DNA of 64,000 bases from Fibrobacterales bacterium (GTDB lineage Bacteria; Fibrobacterota; Fibrobacteria; Fibrobacterales; JAOPTW01), in contig JAOPTX010000034.1 of the NCBI GenBank assembly GCA_051532055.1, positions 39,747-103,746 on the forward strand. The letters run 5' to 3'. The position numbers were made by a program, and so were the translations under genes. This document shows, piece after piece, positions 51,151-61,300 of this stretch (positions within the stretch are counted from its first letter, which is position 1; each line of letters opens with the position of its first letter). Under the pieces are notes generated by a model that did not search any database, had not been told where the DNA came from, and worked only from the letters and a program-made list of their open reading frames with translations.

Positions 51151-53175
51151 TTAAGGTAAATCATTTTGCTTCACTGGAATGGTTATCACAAATGTAGTTC
51201 CAGTTCGGCCTTTTGTAAAATCAGTATTGCTCTCAAAGGAAATTGTTCCTTTGTGGTTTTTAACTATCCCATAAGAGACTGCAAGTCCAAGACCAGTGCC
51301 TTGCCCTATAGTTTTAGTCGTAAAAAACGGTTCAAATATTCGCGAACTTATACTTGACTCGATTCCCGGGCCAGAATCTATGATCTCTATACGTACATTT
51401 TCTTCACCCGGTAGTACTTTCAACCCAATTTCGCCACCGTCGGGCATCACTTCCATTGCGTTATTAATAATATTTGTTATTACTTGAGACATTTGTAACG
51501 TATCGACTTCAACCATCGCATCTGTCTCAGGGAATTGTTTAACAAAAAATATGTCATTTGGTTTTAGTAATGAGCGGGAGGCCTTTTCGACTACCGACAC
51601 AACATTAACTTCTTCGAATCTTATTCTATCTTTATGTGAAAAGTTGAGAAGTCCTCCAACAATTTTTTGACACACCTGAGTCTGTTCAATAATCATTTCA
51701 AGATCGTCTTGAAACCCAGGGTATTTTCCACACTCTTCAAGCAATAGATTTGAGTAAAGAAGAATAACGCCTAGAGGGTTATTGATCTCATGGGCAATTC
51801 CAGCTGACAACCGCCCCATACTCGCCATCTTCTCGCTATGCTGTAGTGCTTCTTGAGTTTCTTTGAGTTGAACATTTGAGCTACTCAACTCATCTGCTGT
51901 CTTCCTCAGCTTATCTATAGTATAAGGAAGGCACATAGCATCTTCGGCCAGATCTTTATGAATCGCAATCGCATGATCAACACACGTTGCATACCCACAC
52001 GCTCCACAATTAAGCTCATCGAGTGGATCAAACTTACCCATATCATTAAGGATTTTCTTCAACACTTCTGCCGAAGGGATCTCAATCCGTTGATCATTTA
52101 CAGAAAAGGAAGTCTTCAGAGATATATCTATAAACTCTTTCATTTCTTTTTTATGTTCAGTAAAATGCTTGTTCGAAATACGCCGTTTAGCATATTTCGA
52201 TATAAGACCAGTACGCTTTGTCTTGGAACTCTTTGATGTCATTCCAGGACCCATCATACACCCTTCACAACAGAGCGCATCAACATACTGAATATCTTCT
52301 ATTGTTGACTCTGTAAGCTCTTTAAAAAATTGTGCTAAATTATTTTTCCCATCTATAGAGACAATGCCACTATCAATCATGTTTAAAGATGAAGCCCGTG
52401 GAAGGCCACGTGTAATAGGAAAAAGTGCACCCTTGTAGGAGAACGGAGGGTCAAAATCTTGTTCGTCAATATCCTCTGGCTCTAACTTTGATTTATCAAA
52501 GAGCTCACGAAGCTCTTTAAAGGTAAGTACCGCTTTAACTGCATGTGAATCATCAAACATCGCTTCAGCTTTTTTGGCAATACATGGCCCAACAAATACA
52601 ATCTGTGCTTTTTCTCCATAAATCTTTTGAGCTACATGAGCAGTAGCGACCATAGGAGATACAATCTTTGCCAAATTTTCTACAAGCTCTGGCACATATT
52701 TTTCAACATATGATACCACTGCAGGGCACGAAGTAGAAATAAGAATCTCGTTCTTATTAGTTGATTCAGCATTAACTTTTTTAACCCGTTCATACTCTTT
52801 GCGATACTCTTCTGCAACGAGATCTGCACCAAAGGCAGTTTCGACTACATAGTCAAATCCAATTGCTTTAAGGGAGCCAACAAATTGTTCGAGAGAAAGT
52901 TCTTCAAATTCAGCAGGAAAGCTTGGCGCTACGATAGCGATAACTTTTTGTTTTGTATCAAGAATATCTCCGAGATGATCGGAGATACTCTGAAATTGTT
53001 TGGCGTTTTGACTGCAAACCATAACACAATTTCCACACAAAATACATCGATCCGATACAATCTGTGCTTGGCCATCTTCAACTTTGATCGCCTTAACCGG
53101 ACATTCCCGCACGCATGTAAAGCAGACTCTACATGCGTCGGGGACCGTATATATTATACTTTGCGGTTTCGCCAT
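51151..53175 (-). CDS. Sensory [FeFe]-hydrogenase-like domain (group C) fused to a histidine kinase
   Basis: 2x4Fe-4S; variant H-cluster motifs STSCPAVV, GPCIAKKAE, DALCCEGCMMGPG; CGACGYATC..C cluster; AHEINNPL, DSGPG, FFTTK..GTGLGL. Confidence 0.92.
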   Translation of the reverse strand: MAKPQSIIYTVPDACRVCFTCVRECPVKAIKVEDGQAQIVSDRCILCGNCVMVCSQNAKQFQSISDHLGDILDTKQKVIAIVAPSFPAEFEELSLEQFVGSLKAIGFDYVVETAFGADLVAEEYRKEYERVKKVNAESTNKNEILISTSCPAVVSYVEKYVPELVENLAKIVSPMVATAHVAQKIYGEKAQIVFVGPCIAKKAEAMFDDSHAVKAVLTFKELRELFDKSKLEPEDIDEQDFDPPFSYKGALFPITRGLPRASSLNMIDSGIVSIDGKNNLAQFFKELTESTIEDIQYVDALCCEGCMMGPGMTSKSSKTKRTGLISKYAKRRISNKHFTEHKKEMKEFIDISLKTSFSVNDQRIEIPSAEVLKKILNDMGKFDPLDELNCGACGYATCVDHAIAIHKDLAEDAMCLPYTIDKLRKTADELSSSNVQLKETQEALQHSEKMASMGRLSAGIAHEINNPLGVILLYSNLLLEECGKYPGFQDDLEMIIEQTQVCQKIVGGLLNFSHKDRIRFEEVNVVSVVEKASRSLLKPNDIFFVKQFPETDAMVEVDTLQMSQVITNIINNAMEVMPDGGEIGLKVLPGEENVRIEIIDSGPGIESSISSRIFEPFFTTKTIGQGTGLGLAVSYGIVKNHKGTISFESNTDFTKGRTGTTFVITIPVKQNDLP

Positions 53176-53193
53176 GGGTTCAATGAAATAGTG

Positions 53194-54918
53194 CTATTTC
53201 AACACTTCTCTTTTATTATATGACGTATGCAAAAGCTCATGAGATTTATGACTCAAAGGCTTCTCAAGATAATCTTCGTACAGTTTCTGAATCGACTCAT
53301 TATTGTGTGAACAACGTACTTTACTCTCTTTATCAATTTTATAAAGTGCACCCATACGTTCAACAACTTTATCCTTATCAAGGTCAAAAATCTGTCCGCC
53401 ACCGTTAATGCATCCACCATGACACGTCATCACTTCCATAAAGTGAATTTCTTCTTCACCTTTACGAATCTTGTCAAGAAGGTCACGTGCATTATTAGTA
53501 CCACTTACTACAGCTACATTAAGTGAAAGATCACCAATTTTTACTGTTGCTCTTTTGATTCCATCAAATCCACGGACAGCCTCAACCTCAGGTTCAACCA
53601 TTTCTTCACCAGTAATGAGAAAATGCGCAGAACGAATTGCCGCTTCCATAACACCACCAGTAGCTCCAAAGAGTTTACCTGCAGATGAACGTTCTCCAAA
53701 AGGTAGATCTGGTTCAGATGAAGGCATATCTTCGAAGTTGATACCTTTCATTTTAATAAGATCTGCAAGTTCGCGTGTTGTGAGTACCGCATCGAGATCA
53801 GGATTATGTTTTGCATCCATAAGCTCTGGACGTTCAGACTCAAATTTCTTCGCTGTACATGGCATAACCGATACACTGAATATTTTTTCAGGAGGTATGT
53901 TATTCTTTTCAGCAAAATATGATTTGATGATCGCACCCATCATCTCTTGTGGAGATTTACAGGTAGAGAGGTTATCAATCATATCTGGATAGAACTGCTC
54001 TACAAATTTAATCCACCCTGGTGAACACGATGTCATCATTGGTAGTTTTCCACCATTTTTAATACGATGTACCAGTTCAGATCCTTCTTCCATAATGGTA
54101 AGGTCAGCACTAAACGATGTGTCAAATACTTGATCAAATCCCATTTGACGAAGCGTTGCAACAAGTTGCCCACTTACATCAGTACCAGGTTTTGCATTAA
54201 ATGCTTCAGCGATAGTAACTGAAATTGCAGGCGCGTGCTGTATGACAACATATTTATCTGGGTCATACAGTGCTTCCATAACACGTTTTGTATGTGACTT
54301 CTCTGAGAGAGCACCTGTTGGACAAACCATGATACATTGACCACAGTTAATACAACTAGAGGTATTAAGGTTTTCACCAAAAGCACATCCAACAATCGTT
54401 TCTGATCCACGATTAATAAAATCAAGAGCCGAAACAGCTTGATCTTCTTCACACACGCGTACACATTTACCACAGAGAACACATTTGTCTGGTTCACGAG
54501 TGATTGATGCAGATGATTGATCGATATGGTTACCCATTGGTTTACCAGCGAATGATTTCTCACGCACGCCATACTCAACGGCAAGACTCTGAAGATCACA
54601 GTTACCTGAACGAACACAATAAAGACAGTCATTCGGGTGACGAGATAATAGAAGCTCAACAATAGTTTTACGCGCTTGCTCTGCTTTTGGGGTATGAGTT
54701 TTAACTTTCATACCTTCATTTACAGGGTATGAGCAACTTGGAATAAGTCCACGTGCACCCTCTACTTCAACAACACACATTCTACATGCACCTGTTGGTG
54801 TTTTATCTTTCATGTGGCAAAGAGTTGGCACATCGTAGCCCGCTTCGCGTATAGCATCGATGAGTAGTCCGCCTTCTTCAACTTTAGCTGGTTTTCCGTT
54901 TATTTCTAAATTTACCAT
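53194..54918 (-). CDS. hydA: [FeFe]-hydrogenase group A3 catalytic subunit
   Basis: F-clusters plus MTSCSPGW, MPCTAKKFE, EVMTCHGGCINGGGQ. Confidence 0.96.
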   Translation of the reverse strand: MVNLEINGKPAKVEEGGLLIDAIREAGYDVPTLCHMKDKTPTGACRMCVVEVEGARGLIPSCSYPVNEGMKVKTHTPKAEQARKTIVELLLSRHPNDCLYCVRSGNCDLQSLAVEYGVREKSFAGKPMGNHIDQSSASITREPDKCVLCGKCVRVCEEDQAVSALDFINRGSETIVGCAFGENLNTSSCINCGQCIMVCPTGALSEKSHTKRVMEALYDPDKYVVIQHAPAISVTIAEAFNAKPGTDVSGQLVATLRQMGFDQVFDTSFSADLTIMEEGSELVHRIKNGGKLPMMTSCSPGWIKFVEQFYPDMIDNLSTCKSPQEMMGAIIKSYFAEKNNIPPEKIFSVSVMPCTAKKFESERPELMDAKHNPDLDAVLTTRELADLIKMKGINFEDMPSSEPDLPFGERSSAGKLFGATGGVMEAAIRSAHFLITGEEMVEPEVEAVRGFDGIKRATVKIGDLSLNVAVVSGTNNARDLLDKIRKGEEEIHFMEVMTCHGGCINGGGQIFDLDKDKVVERMGALYKIDKESKVRCSHNNESIQKLYEDYLEKPLSHKSHELLHTSYNKREVLK

Positions 54919-54934
54919 GATTTCCTCACTAATC

Positions 54935-56920
54935 CTAATACGCTTTTATCGCGTCAAATGCACATACATCCATACATGCACCACAACTGATACAATCTTC
55001 TTGATTTATTATATGAATGCCTTTTTTCTCACCATCAATACACTGAGTCGGACATTTTTTTGCACATATCGTACAACCAGTACATGCATCATCAATAATT
55101 TCAAATGTCAATAACTCTGTACATGCTCCAGCAGGGCAGCGACGTTCATAAATGTGCGCTTCAAATTCATCTCTGAAAAACTTCATTGCAGATTTAATTG
55201 GATTCGGCGCTGTTTGTCCAAGTCCACACAGACTTGATGCACTAATTACTTCAGTAAGTCGTTCAAGATTCATAACACCTTTGAAGCGCTCCAAACTTTG
55301 GTTTTCAGCATCTGCACCGCGACCTTTAGTCATGCCTTCTAGAATTTCGAGCATTACTCGAGTACCTTCACGACACGGAATACATTTACCACAACTTTCA
55401 CGCTGGATAAAGCCCATAAAGAATTTTGCTACGTCAACCATACAGGTATCTTCATCCATAACAACCATTCCACCAGAACCGATCATAGCACCGACTTCAA
55501 TGAGTGATTCATAATCGATGTTGATATCAAGGTGTTGAGTTGGGATACAGCCACCAGATGGGCCCCCAAACTGAACTGCTTTAAATTCTTTGTCATGCTC
55601 AATACCACCAGCAACATCAAAGATCACTGTGCGAATTGAAGTACCCATAGGAATTTCAACAAGACCAGCACGTTTAACTTTTCCAGAAACTGCAAATACT
55701 TTTGTTCCTTTAGAAGTTGCAGAACCCATGGAAGCATACCACTCGGCACCATTAGTAACGATTGCTGGTATATTTGCAAGGGTCTCTACATTATTAATAA
55801 TCGTTGGGTTTTGGAAAAGTCCGCTTTTCGCTGGGAATGGTGGACGAGGGCGTGGCATACCACGTTTACCTTCGATTGAGTGAATCAGTGCAGTCTCTTC
55901 ACCACACACAAATGCTCCCGCACCAACTTTGATGATGACATCGAGATCAAATCCACTATTATAAATATTGTTTCCAATAAGCTTATACTCTTTAGCTTGA
56001 GCAATAGCATCTTTAAGGTTTGCAATAGCAAGAGGATACTCTGCACGAATATACACATATGCTTTATTGGCGCCAATTGCATATGCTGCAATTGCAAGAC
56101 CTTCAACAAGTTTATGAGGGTCACCCTCAATAACTGCACGGTCCATAAACGCACCTGGGTCACCTTCATCCGCATTACAGATAAAATATTTTTGTTCAGA
56201 CTCTTCGCCCAGTGCAAATTTCCACTTTCGACCCGTAGGGAACCCTCCCCCACCTCGACCACGAAGGCCTGATTTTTCAACTTCATCACAAAGCTCTTCA
56301 CGAGTCATGTTGTTTATTACTTTTAGAAGCCCGCTATATCCACCACGTGCAATGTATTCATCAACATTTATGGGGTCAGCAATACCGCAATTTTTAAGAA
56401 CAACACGTTCTTGAATTTTGAAAAATGGGTGTTCATGCATATAAGGCAGGTTATCCCAATTTTCTTCTTCATTTGCAGATTGAAACTGTCCAAGAAGTTT
56501 ATTAACACTCACCTGACTAGAAAAAATGTCACCCATGAGATCATCAACTTTATCTTCTGTGATCTGTTGGAATGAGAGACGACTTTTACCGGGGAGCTTC
56601 ACATCAACCATTGGCTCTGAAGTACAGAGACCAATACAACCAACGCGTACTACATCGGCATCGAGATTCTTATCAGCAAGATATGCAGTTATTTTCTCTA
56701 ATGCTTTGCCAGCACCAGCCGCCATACCACATGTTCCCGCACCAATATAGATAATTGGTTTTACATTTTTTTCACCGCGGAGTTCTGAAAACCTTATATC
56801 AAGTTCATCTTTAGAAAGTTTTGCTTCTTTTGAAGAAAACACGGTTCCAATAAACTGTTCTTTAGTATCAACTGGAATAAGATCCAAGTTCTTATGAATA
56901 TCGTACGTTACAACAGCCAT
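54935..56920 (-). CDS. hydB: NuoF-like flavoprotein subunit of bifurcating-type hydrogenase
   Basis: N-terminal thioredoxin-like domain, NADEGDPGAFMDR, GGPSGG, SCGKCIPCREG, C-terminal 2x4Fe-4S (CTGCTIC, CISCGAC). Confidence 0.95.
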   Translation of the reverse strand: MAVVTYDIHKNLDLIPVDTKEQFIGTVFSSKEAKLSKDELDIRFSELRGEKNVKPIIYIGAGTCGMAAGAGKALEKITAYLADKNLDADVVRVGCIGLCTSEPMVDVKLPGKSRLSFQQITEDKVDDLMGDIFSSQVSVNKLLGQFQSANEEENWDNLPYMHEHPFFKIQERVVLKNCGIADPINVDEYIARGGYSGLLKVINNMTREELCDEVEKSGLRGRGGGGFPTGRKWKFALGEESEQKYFICNADEGDPGAFMDRAVIEGDPHKLVEGLAIAAYAIGANKAYVYIRAEYPLAIANLKDAIAQAKEYKLIGNNIYNSGFDLDVIIKVGAGAFVCGEETALIHSIEGKRGMPRPRPPFPAKSGLFQNPTIINNVETLANIPAIVTNGAEWYASMGSATSKGTKVFAVSGKVKRAGLVEIPMGTSIRTVIFDVAGGIEHDKEFKAVQFGGPSGGCIPTQHLDINIDYESLIEVGAMIGSGGMVVMDEDTCMVDVAKFFMGFIQRESCGKCIPCREGTRVMLEILEGMTKGRGADAENQSLERFKGVMNLERLTEVISASSLCGLGQTAPNPIKSAMKFFRDEFEAHIYERRCPAGACTELLTFEIIDDACTGCTICAKKCPTQCIDGEKKGIHIINQEDCISCGACMDVCAFDAIKAY

Positions 56921-57399
56921 TATTTTTCCTTCTTTTTATACGTTCTGATGATTTTTTTAACATTACTTGAATCAACATACGCATGAAATTCATTATTGAT
57001 TGCGATAATGGGCGCAAGTCCACATGCACCAATACACGCTACAACTTCAGTACTGAAGAGTCCATCTTTAGAAGTATCTCCTGTTGGAACTTCAAGAAGG
57101 TTTTCAAGAGCAGTAACAATTGACTCTGACCCCTTAACGTGACACGCAGTTCCACGGCAAATCTGAATGTGATATTTCCCAAGAGGCTTAAAACGGAATT
57201 GGTTATAGAAGGTTGCAACGCCATAAATCTTGCTCACTGGCAAGTTAAGGGTTTCACCAACTTGAACCACCGCTTCTTTAGACAAAAACCCTAATTCTTC
57301 TTGGACCTCTTGAAGAATTGGAATCAGCTTATCTCTACCCGCATTTGCATACTGGGCAAGAATGTTGTCTACTCCTGTTGTCTGAATAGTACTAACCAT
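56920..57399 (-). CDS. hydC: NuoE-like 2Fe-2S subunit
   Basis: GVATFYNQF, CRGTACH, CIGACGLAP; AAGGAG RBS before ATG 57399. Confidence 0.95.
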   Translation of the reverse strand: MVSTIQTTGVDNILAQYANAGRDKLIPILQEVQEELGFLSKEAVVQVGETLNLPVSKIYGVATFYNQFRFKPLGKYHIQICRGTACHVKGSESIVTALENLLEVPTGDTSKDGLFSTEVVACIGACGLAPIIAINNEFHAYVDSSNVKKIIRTYKKKEK

Positions 57400-58039
57400 C
57401 TGCTTTTTCTCCTTTAGACATTTGATTATATGCAAAGAATGCTGTTTTTTCAATTGTCATTGTGATATCAATATTTTCTAGGTAAATTTCTTTAGGGACG
57501 ATTAATTGAACTGGAGCGAAGTTAACAATACCCTTAACCCCTGCTGCAATTAAATCATCAGCAATTGCCTGAGCATCACACCCTGGAACCGCTATAATCC
57601 CCACATTAATCGCTTCTCGTTTTACAATTGCTTGTAGTTGAGAAATATGATAACTGTTACATCCAGCTATCACTCTATCAATTTTCGTTTCATCATCATC
57701 AAAGGCCGCTTCAATAGTAATATTCATGCGAACCCGTGAGAAATAGGAGAGTATCGCTCTTCCTAAATTACCCACACCAATAATGCCTGCTCTTTGTGCA
57801 GTACTCGAATTGAGTACTGCATTGATCTCTTTTAAGAACTCCTCAACTAAGTACCCTTTTTTTGATGAGCCCCTTACACTGAGGTCCATCAAATCACGTC
57901 GTACTTGTGCAGATGAATTATTTACCCCAACTGCCAAATCGTGGGAAAAGATATAGAGCTTGTCACTATTCTTATAGTTCTGAAGCACTTTTCTATATCT
58001 GCAAAGTCTCTCGATACTTTTGGGTGATATGTCTGCCAT
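57392..58039 (-). CDS. rex: Redox-sensing transcriptional repressor Rex
   Basis: IERLCRY, SAQVRRDL..GY winged helix; GVGNLGRAIL Rossmann motif; GIVNFAP. Confidence 0.93.
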   Translation of the reverse strand: MADISPKSIERLCRYRKVLQNYKNSDKLYIFSHDLAVGVNNSSAQVRRDLMDLSVRGSSKKGYLVEEFLKEINAVLNSSTAQRAGIIGVGNLGRAILSYFSRVRMNITIEAAFDDDETKIDRVIAGCNSYHISQLQAIVKREAINVGIIAVPGCDAQAIADDLIAAGVKGIVNFAPVQLIVPKEIYLENIDITMTIEKTAFFAYNQMSKGEKADG

Positions 58040-58066
58040 AATTCTCACACTTTGTTGGTTATTCTT

Positions 58067-58321
58067 TCGTTATCAAATTAACGTTCTAGTAGTAACACTC
58101 ATACAGCCTTCATTTTCACTGCTGTTACCTTGATAACGTAACTTCACATAATATACCATTTTCATGTGATAAAAGAAACGTTTAGATTACAATTTGTTCT
58201 CAAAGTTGTAATTTTTTTCACGCTCTATTGTTACATTGATAACGATGATATGGCTCTAACGATCTAAAAATGGGTATTATTTTAACAAAAACCGATTATT
58301 TTGTTGTGAATTATCTAACGA
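58067..58321 (-). promoter_or_regulatory. rex-hyd promoter with multiple Rex-like boxes
   Basis: 18-mers at 58067, 58122, 58206, 58228 and 58304 resembling TTGT(G/T)A-N6-T(C/A)ACAA; extended -10 TGGTATATT on the minus strand at 58150-58158. Confidence 0.65.
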
Positions 58322-61300
58322 TGGCTAATTTGCCTTTAGCAAGAACACCGTCATCTCTTGTGCCAATTGTGTACATATAGACCCCGGTAACCACCTCTCG
58401 CCCTGCATTATTTCGCATATTCCAGCAAAAACTAGGAAGTGCACCAGAGTCAGGGTCAGCATTAAAGCTTGGGCTTACATTCAGCTTTCTTGTGCTGTAT
58501 ATAAGCTGACCAAGCACTGAGTAGATTCTAACATCTATATCTTCATCAGTATCAATCTTAGAACTAATAGTGTTGAGGTTTTTAAATTCAATACAGGGAT
58601 CACCGTCTTCATTGATCTTATCTGTGTGTTGGCTATTTTCAAAAACAAATGGATTAGGGAAGATGTAAAAGCTGGTTGGTGTCACTACAAACCTAAACGA
58701 ATATGAATCATTTAAAACCGCAGTATCTTTACACCCAAAGCTATATCGCTTATATAAATATGAGCCATCACCGGAACCATTACCATCTAAAGATCGTCCC
58801 CAGGAATCAATAATACTATCAGCAAGGATAACCAAAATCGTATCTTTTGAATAAAACTTTCTAAGTGGCTTTAAGATTAGTGAACTATCACCACGGGTCC
58901 CTTTAACAAACTTCAAATCCACCTCTTCCCAATTATTATAGGCAGTACGTACTTCGACCGTCCCATTTGTTCCAGCTTTTAAACTATCAGAGTCGATCGG
59001 CCGCAAAGTATCTGCTTGGGCAGTATCAAACCCTATAATGTACTGTCGTACAATACGATTATTAAAATTAATTCGAATCTCAGAGTCTGGTGAAATGCTA
59101 TTTAAAGGTGTTCCAGCAGACACATCAGATACTTCAACTGTTGCTGGAACAGTAGAAGCAACCTTAAATGGTGCTGCACTTATTTTTGTTGAATATATTA
59201 AGGATTTCTCTGTGGTGTCCTTTATAAAGTCCTTTTCAAGATTGAGCCTCGTACCCACGCTATCCCGAATATTATTTGAGACAAATATTCTAATATCGTC
59301 TCCTTTTATAAAGCTAAAAGGAGCGGGTGTAATACCTTCAAAACTACACACATTATAATACGGAGTAAAAACAACAGTATCTGTATACAATGGGACAGGC
59401 TGACCACGATAGTCATACGCTAAATTTGTTGAATACAAACTACCGCCCCCATCATAGAGCGCCTTTGAGTACATCTGCGCCCTTTCGGGAATCGCCCCAA
59501 TAAGACACGCTGAGTCAGTAGGAACAATAGTACAATATGCAATACTATCCCTTAAGGAATACACTTTTAAGTATTCATCAAGGCCCACTTTAGAAACCGG
59601 CTCAGAAAAATGAATTCTCAGTTGAGAAAATGCAGGTATCACTGGAGCTGCTCCCTGCGTTATAGGTATCACTAATGTAGTATCAAGAGGATCTGGTGAA
59701 AACCGTTCAATTGAGATGGTGGGAAGGTCATTGAACTCGACGCGAAAGGGAATCTTTAATAGTGGTTGAAAAAAGTCATTCGATTGGATAAGCAAGGTAT
59801 CTTCTAATACACGATCACCGACCTCATTCGATACATCCCAGAAAAAGTCAAATAAAAGACTATCACCATCCGAGAGGCGTATTGGGTTTTTGAGGTGATT
59901 ACTATCAGTTCGAATGATTACAGGTTTCGATTGGTCTTGCCACTTCATTTCGTAATTGAGCCACGGTGAATAATCAATCCCATTCATATTAAACACCGAG
60001 AAGACTTCTAAATCCCGTGTACCTTTTGAAAAAAGACTCATATGTACCGTATCTCTCATAATATCAGTATTAAGAATAAGTTCAATATCCCCAAGGCTCG
60101 CTTTAGCATCCGAGAAGTCCCCTTCTGCAGCTCGCTGAGTATCAAGCCTCGGATACTTAATTTTAAGAGTATCTGAAACACATCCGCCACCAATATCACA
60201 GGTTGTAATTTCCACATCAGGTGGATTCAATTCAAAAAGATGCGTCAATCCATCACCACGATATACTTCATCACGAACAACTGTATCTCCCGTTGAGGGT
60301 TGTACCGTATATATACTATCAAAGGTACAGCAAATATTATTTGAATCATACCGCAAAAACCGCCAATCCAAAGTAGAGCTATCTCCATTAATTCCATCAA
60401 TATCAAAAGCAATACCTTCTAAGTTCATGCTAATAAAAGGATGAATATCTATTTCAGGGTCTTCACGGTCGGGGTTCGTTAAATCATTCCAGAATAGCGT
60501 CCCAGGGTTACTGTTAATATCTATGGTATCATCCACCGTGGCTCCCGTAATATCCCAAGGTAATATTGAAATAACTGAATCAAGTTGGGGGAAATGATTG
60601 GGAATAAGCCGAAACCATAAAGAGATAGTATCATCGACATCACTGAGAGAAACAGTAACCGTATCGGGTATTGTATCAACCCCTATCAATGGTATCATCC
60701 GCGGGTCACTATCAATAGGGCCTGGGAGCGCCGGAAAGAGATAGGTCGAATCAGAAGGAACATCAATTATCGTATCTGAATAAAGAAGATCACTATTATG
60801 CCACCACACAGAAACAACTGCATCATTTGAGTCTTTGGTCATGAGGGTCACCCATGCAGTATCACCTACATTTATTGATAAAGTAGCACCCGAGACAATA
60901 GTGTCCCGAATCGAATCATTACCATTAATACGAGGTACTACAATCGAAACAATAGCCTCAGGAACAATGTTATAATAATCAAATACTAAAGAATCCATAT
61001 TCATTTGCAGCCCCCCAGTACTCTCCCAACCAAGAGGGTCACGAGACATAAACTTTAAGGTATAGGCGCTATTCACAATATTCTTTGGAGCAATTTTTAT
61101 TACTCCTTTATAGGAACCTGTAGTCGGTGTTAAGTTGATAAGAGAGTCGGTGGTGACGGAGCCATTTTTTGCGTAAATATTTAACCCATTGGTATTATCA
61201 TGATCATAGGCTGAGACGGCTACATACACGGTATCTAGCCGATTCACCACTCGACGAGTACTATTATTAAATACCGCACCGAGAATCCATGAGCTATTTT

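Noticed and set aside
45397..57399. Respiratory complex I (nuoEFG) or formate dehydrogenase
   Set aside because: The catalytic subunits carry H-cluster motifs. No membrane Nuo subunits or molybdopterin domains are present.
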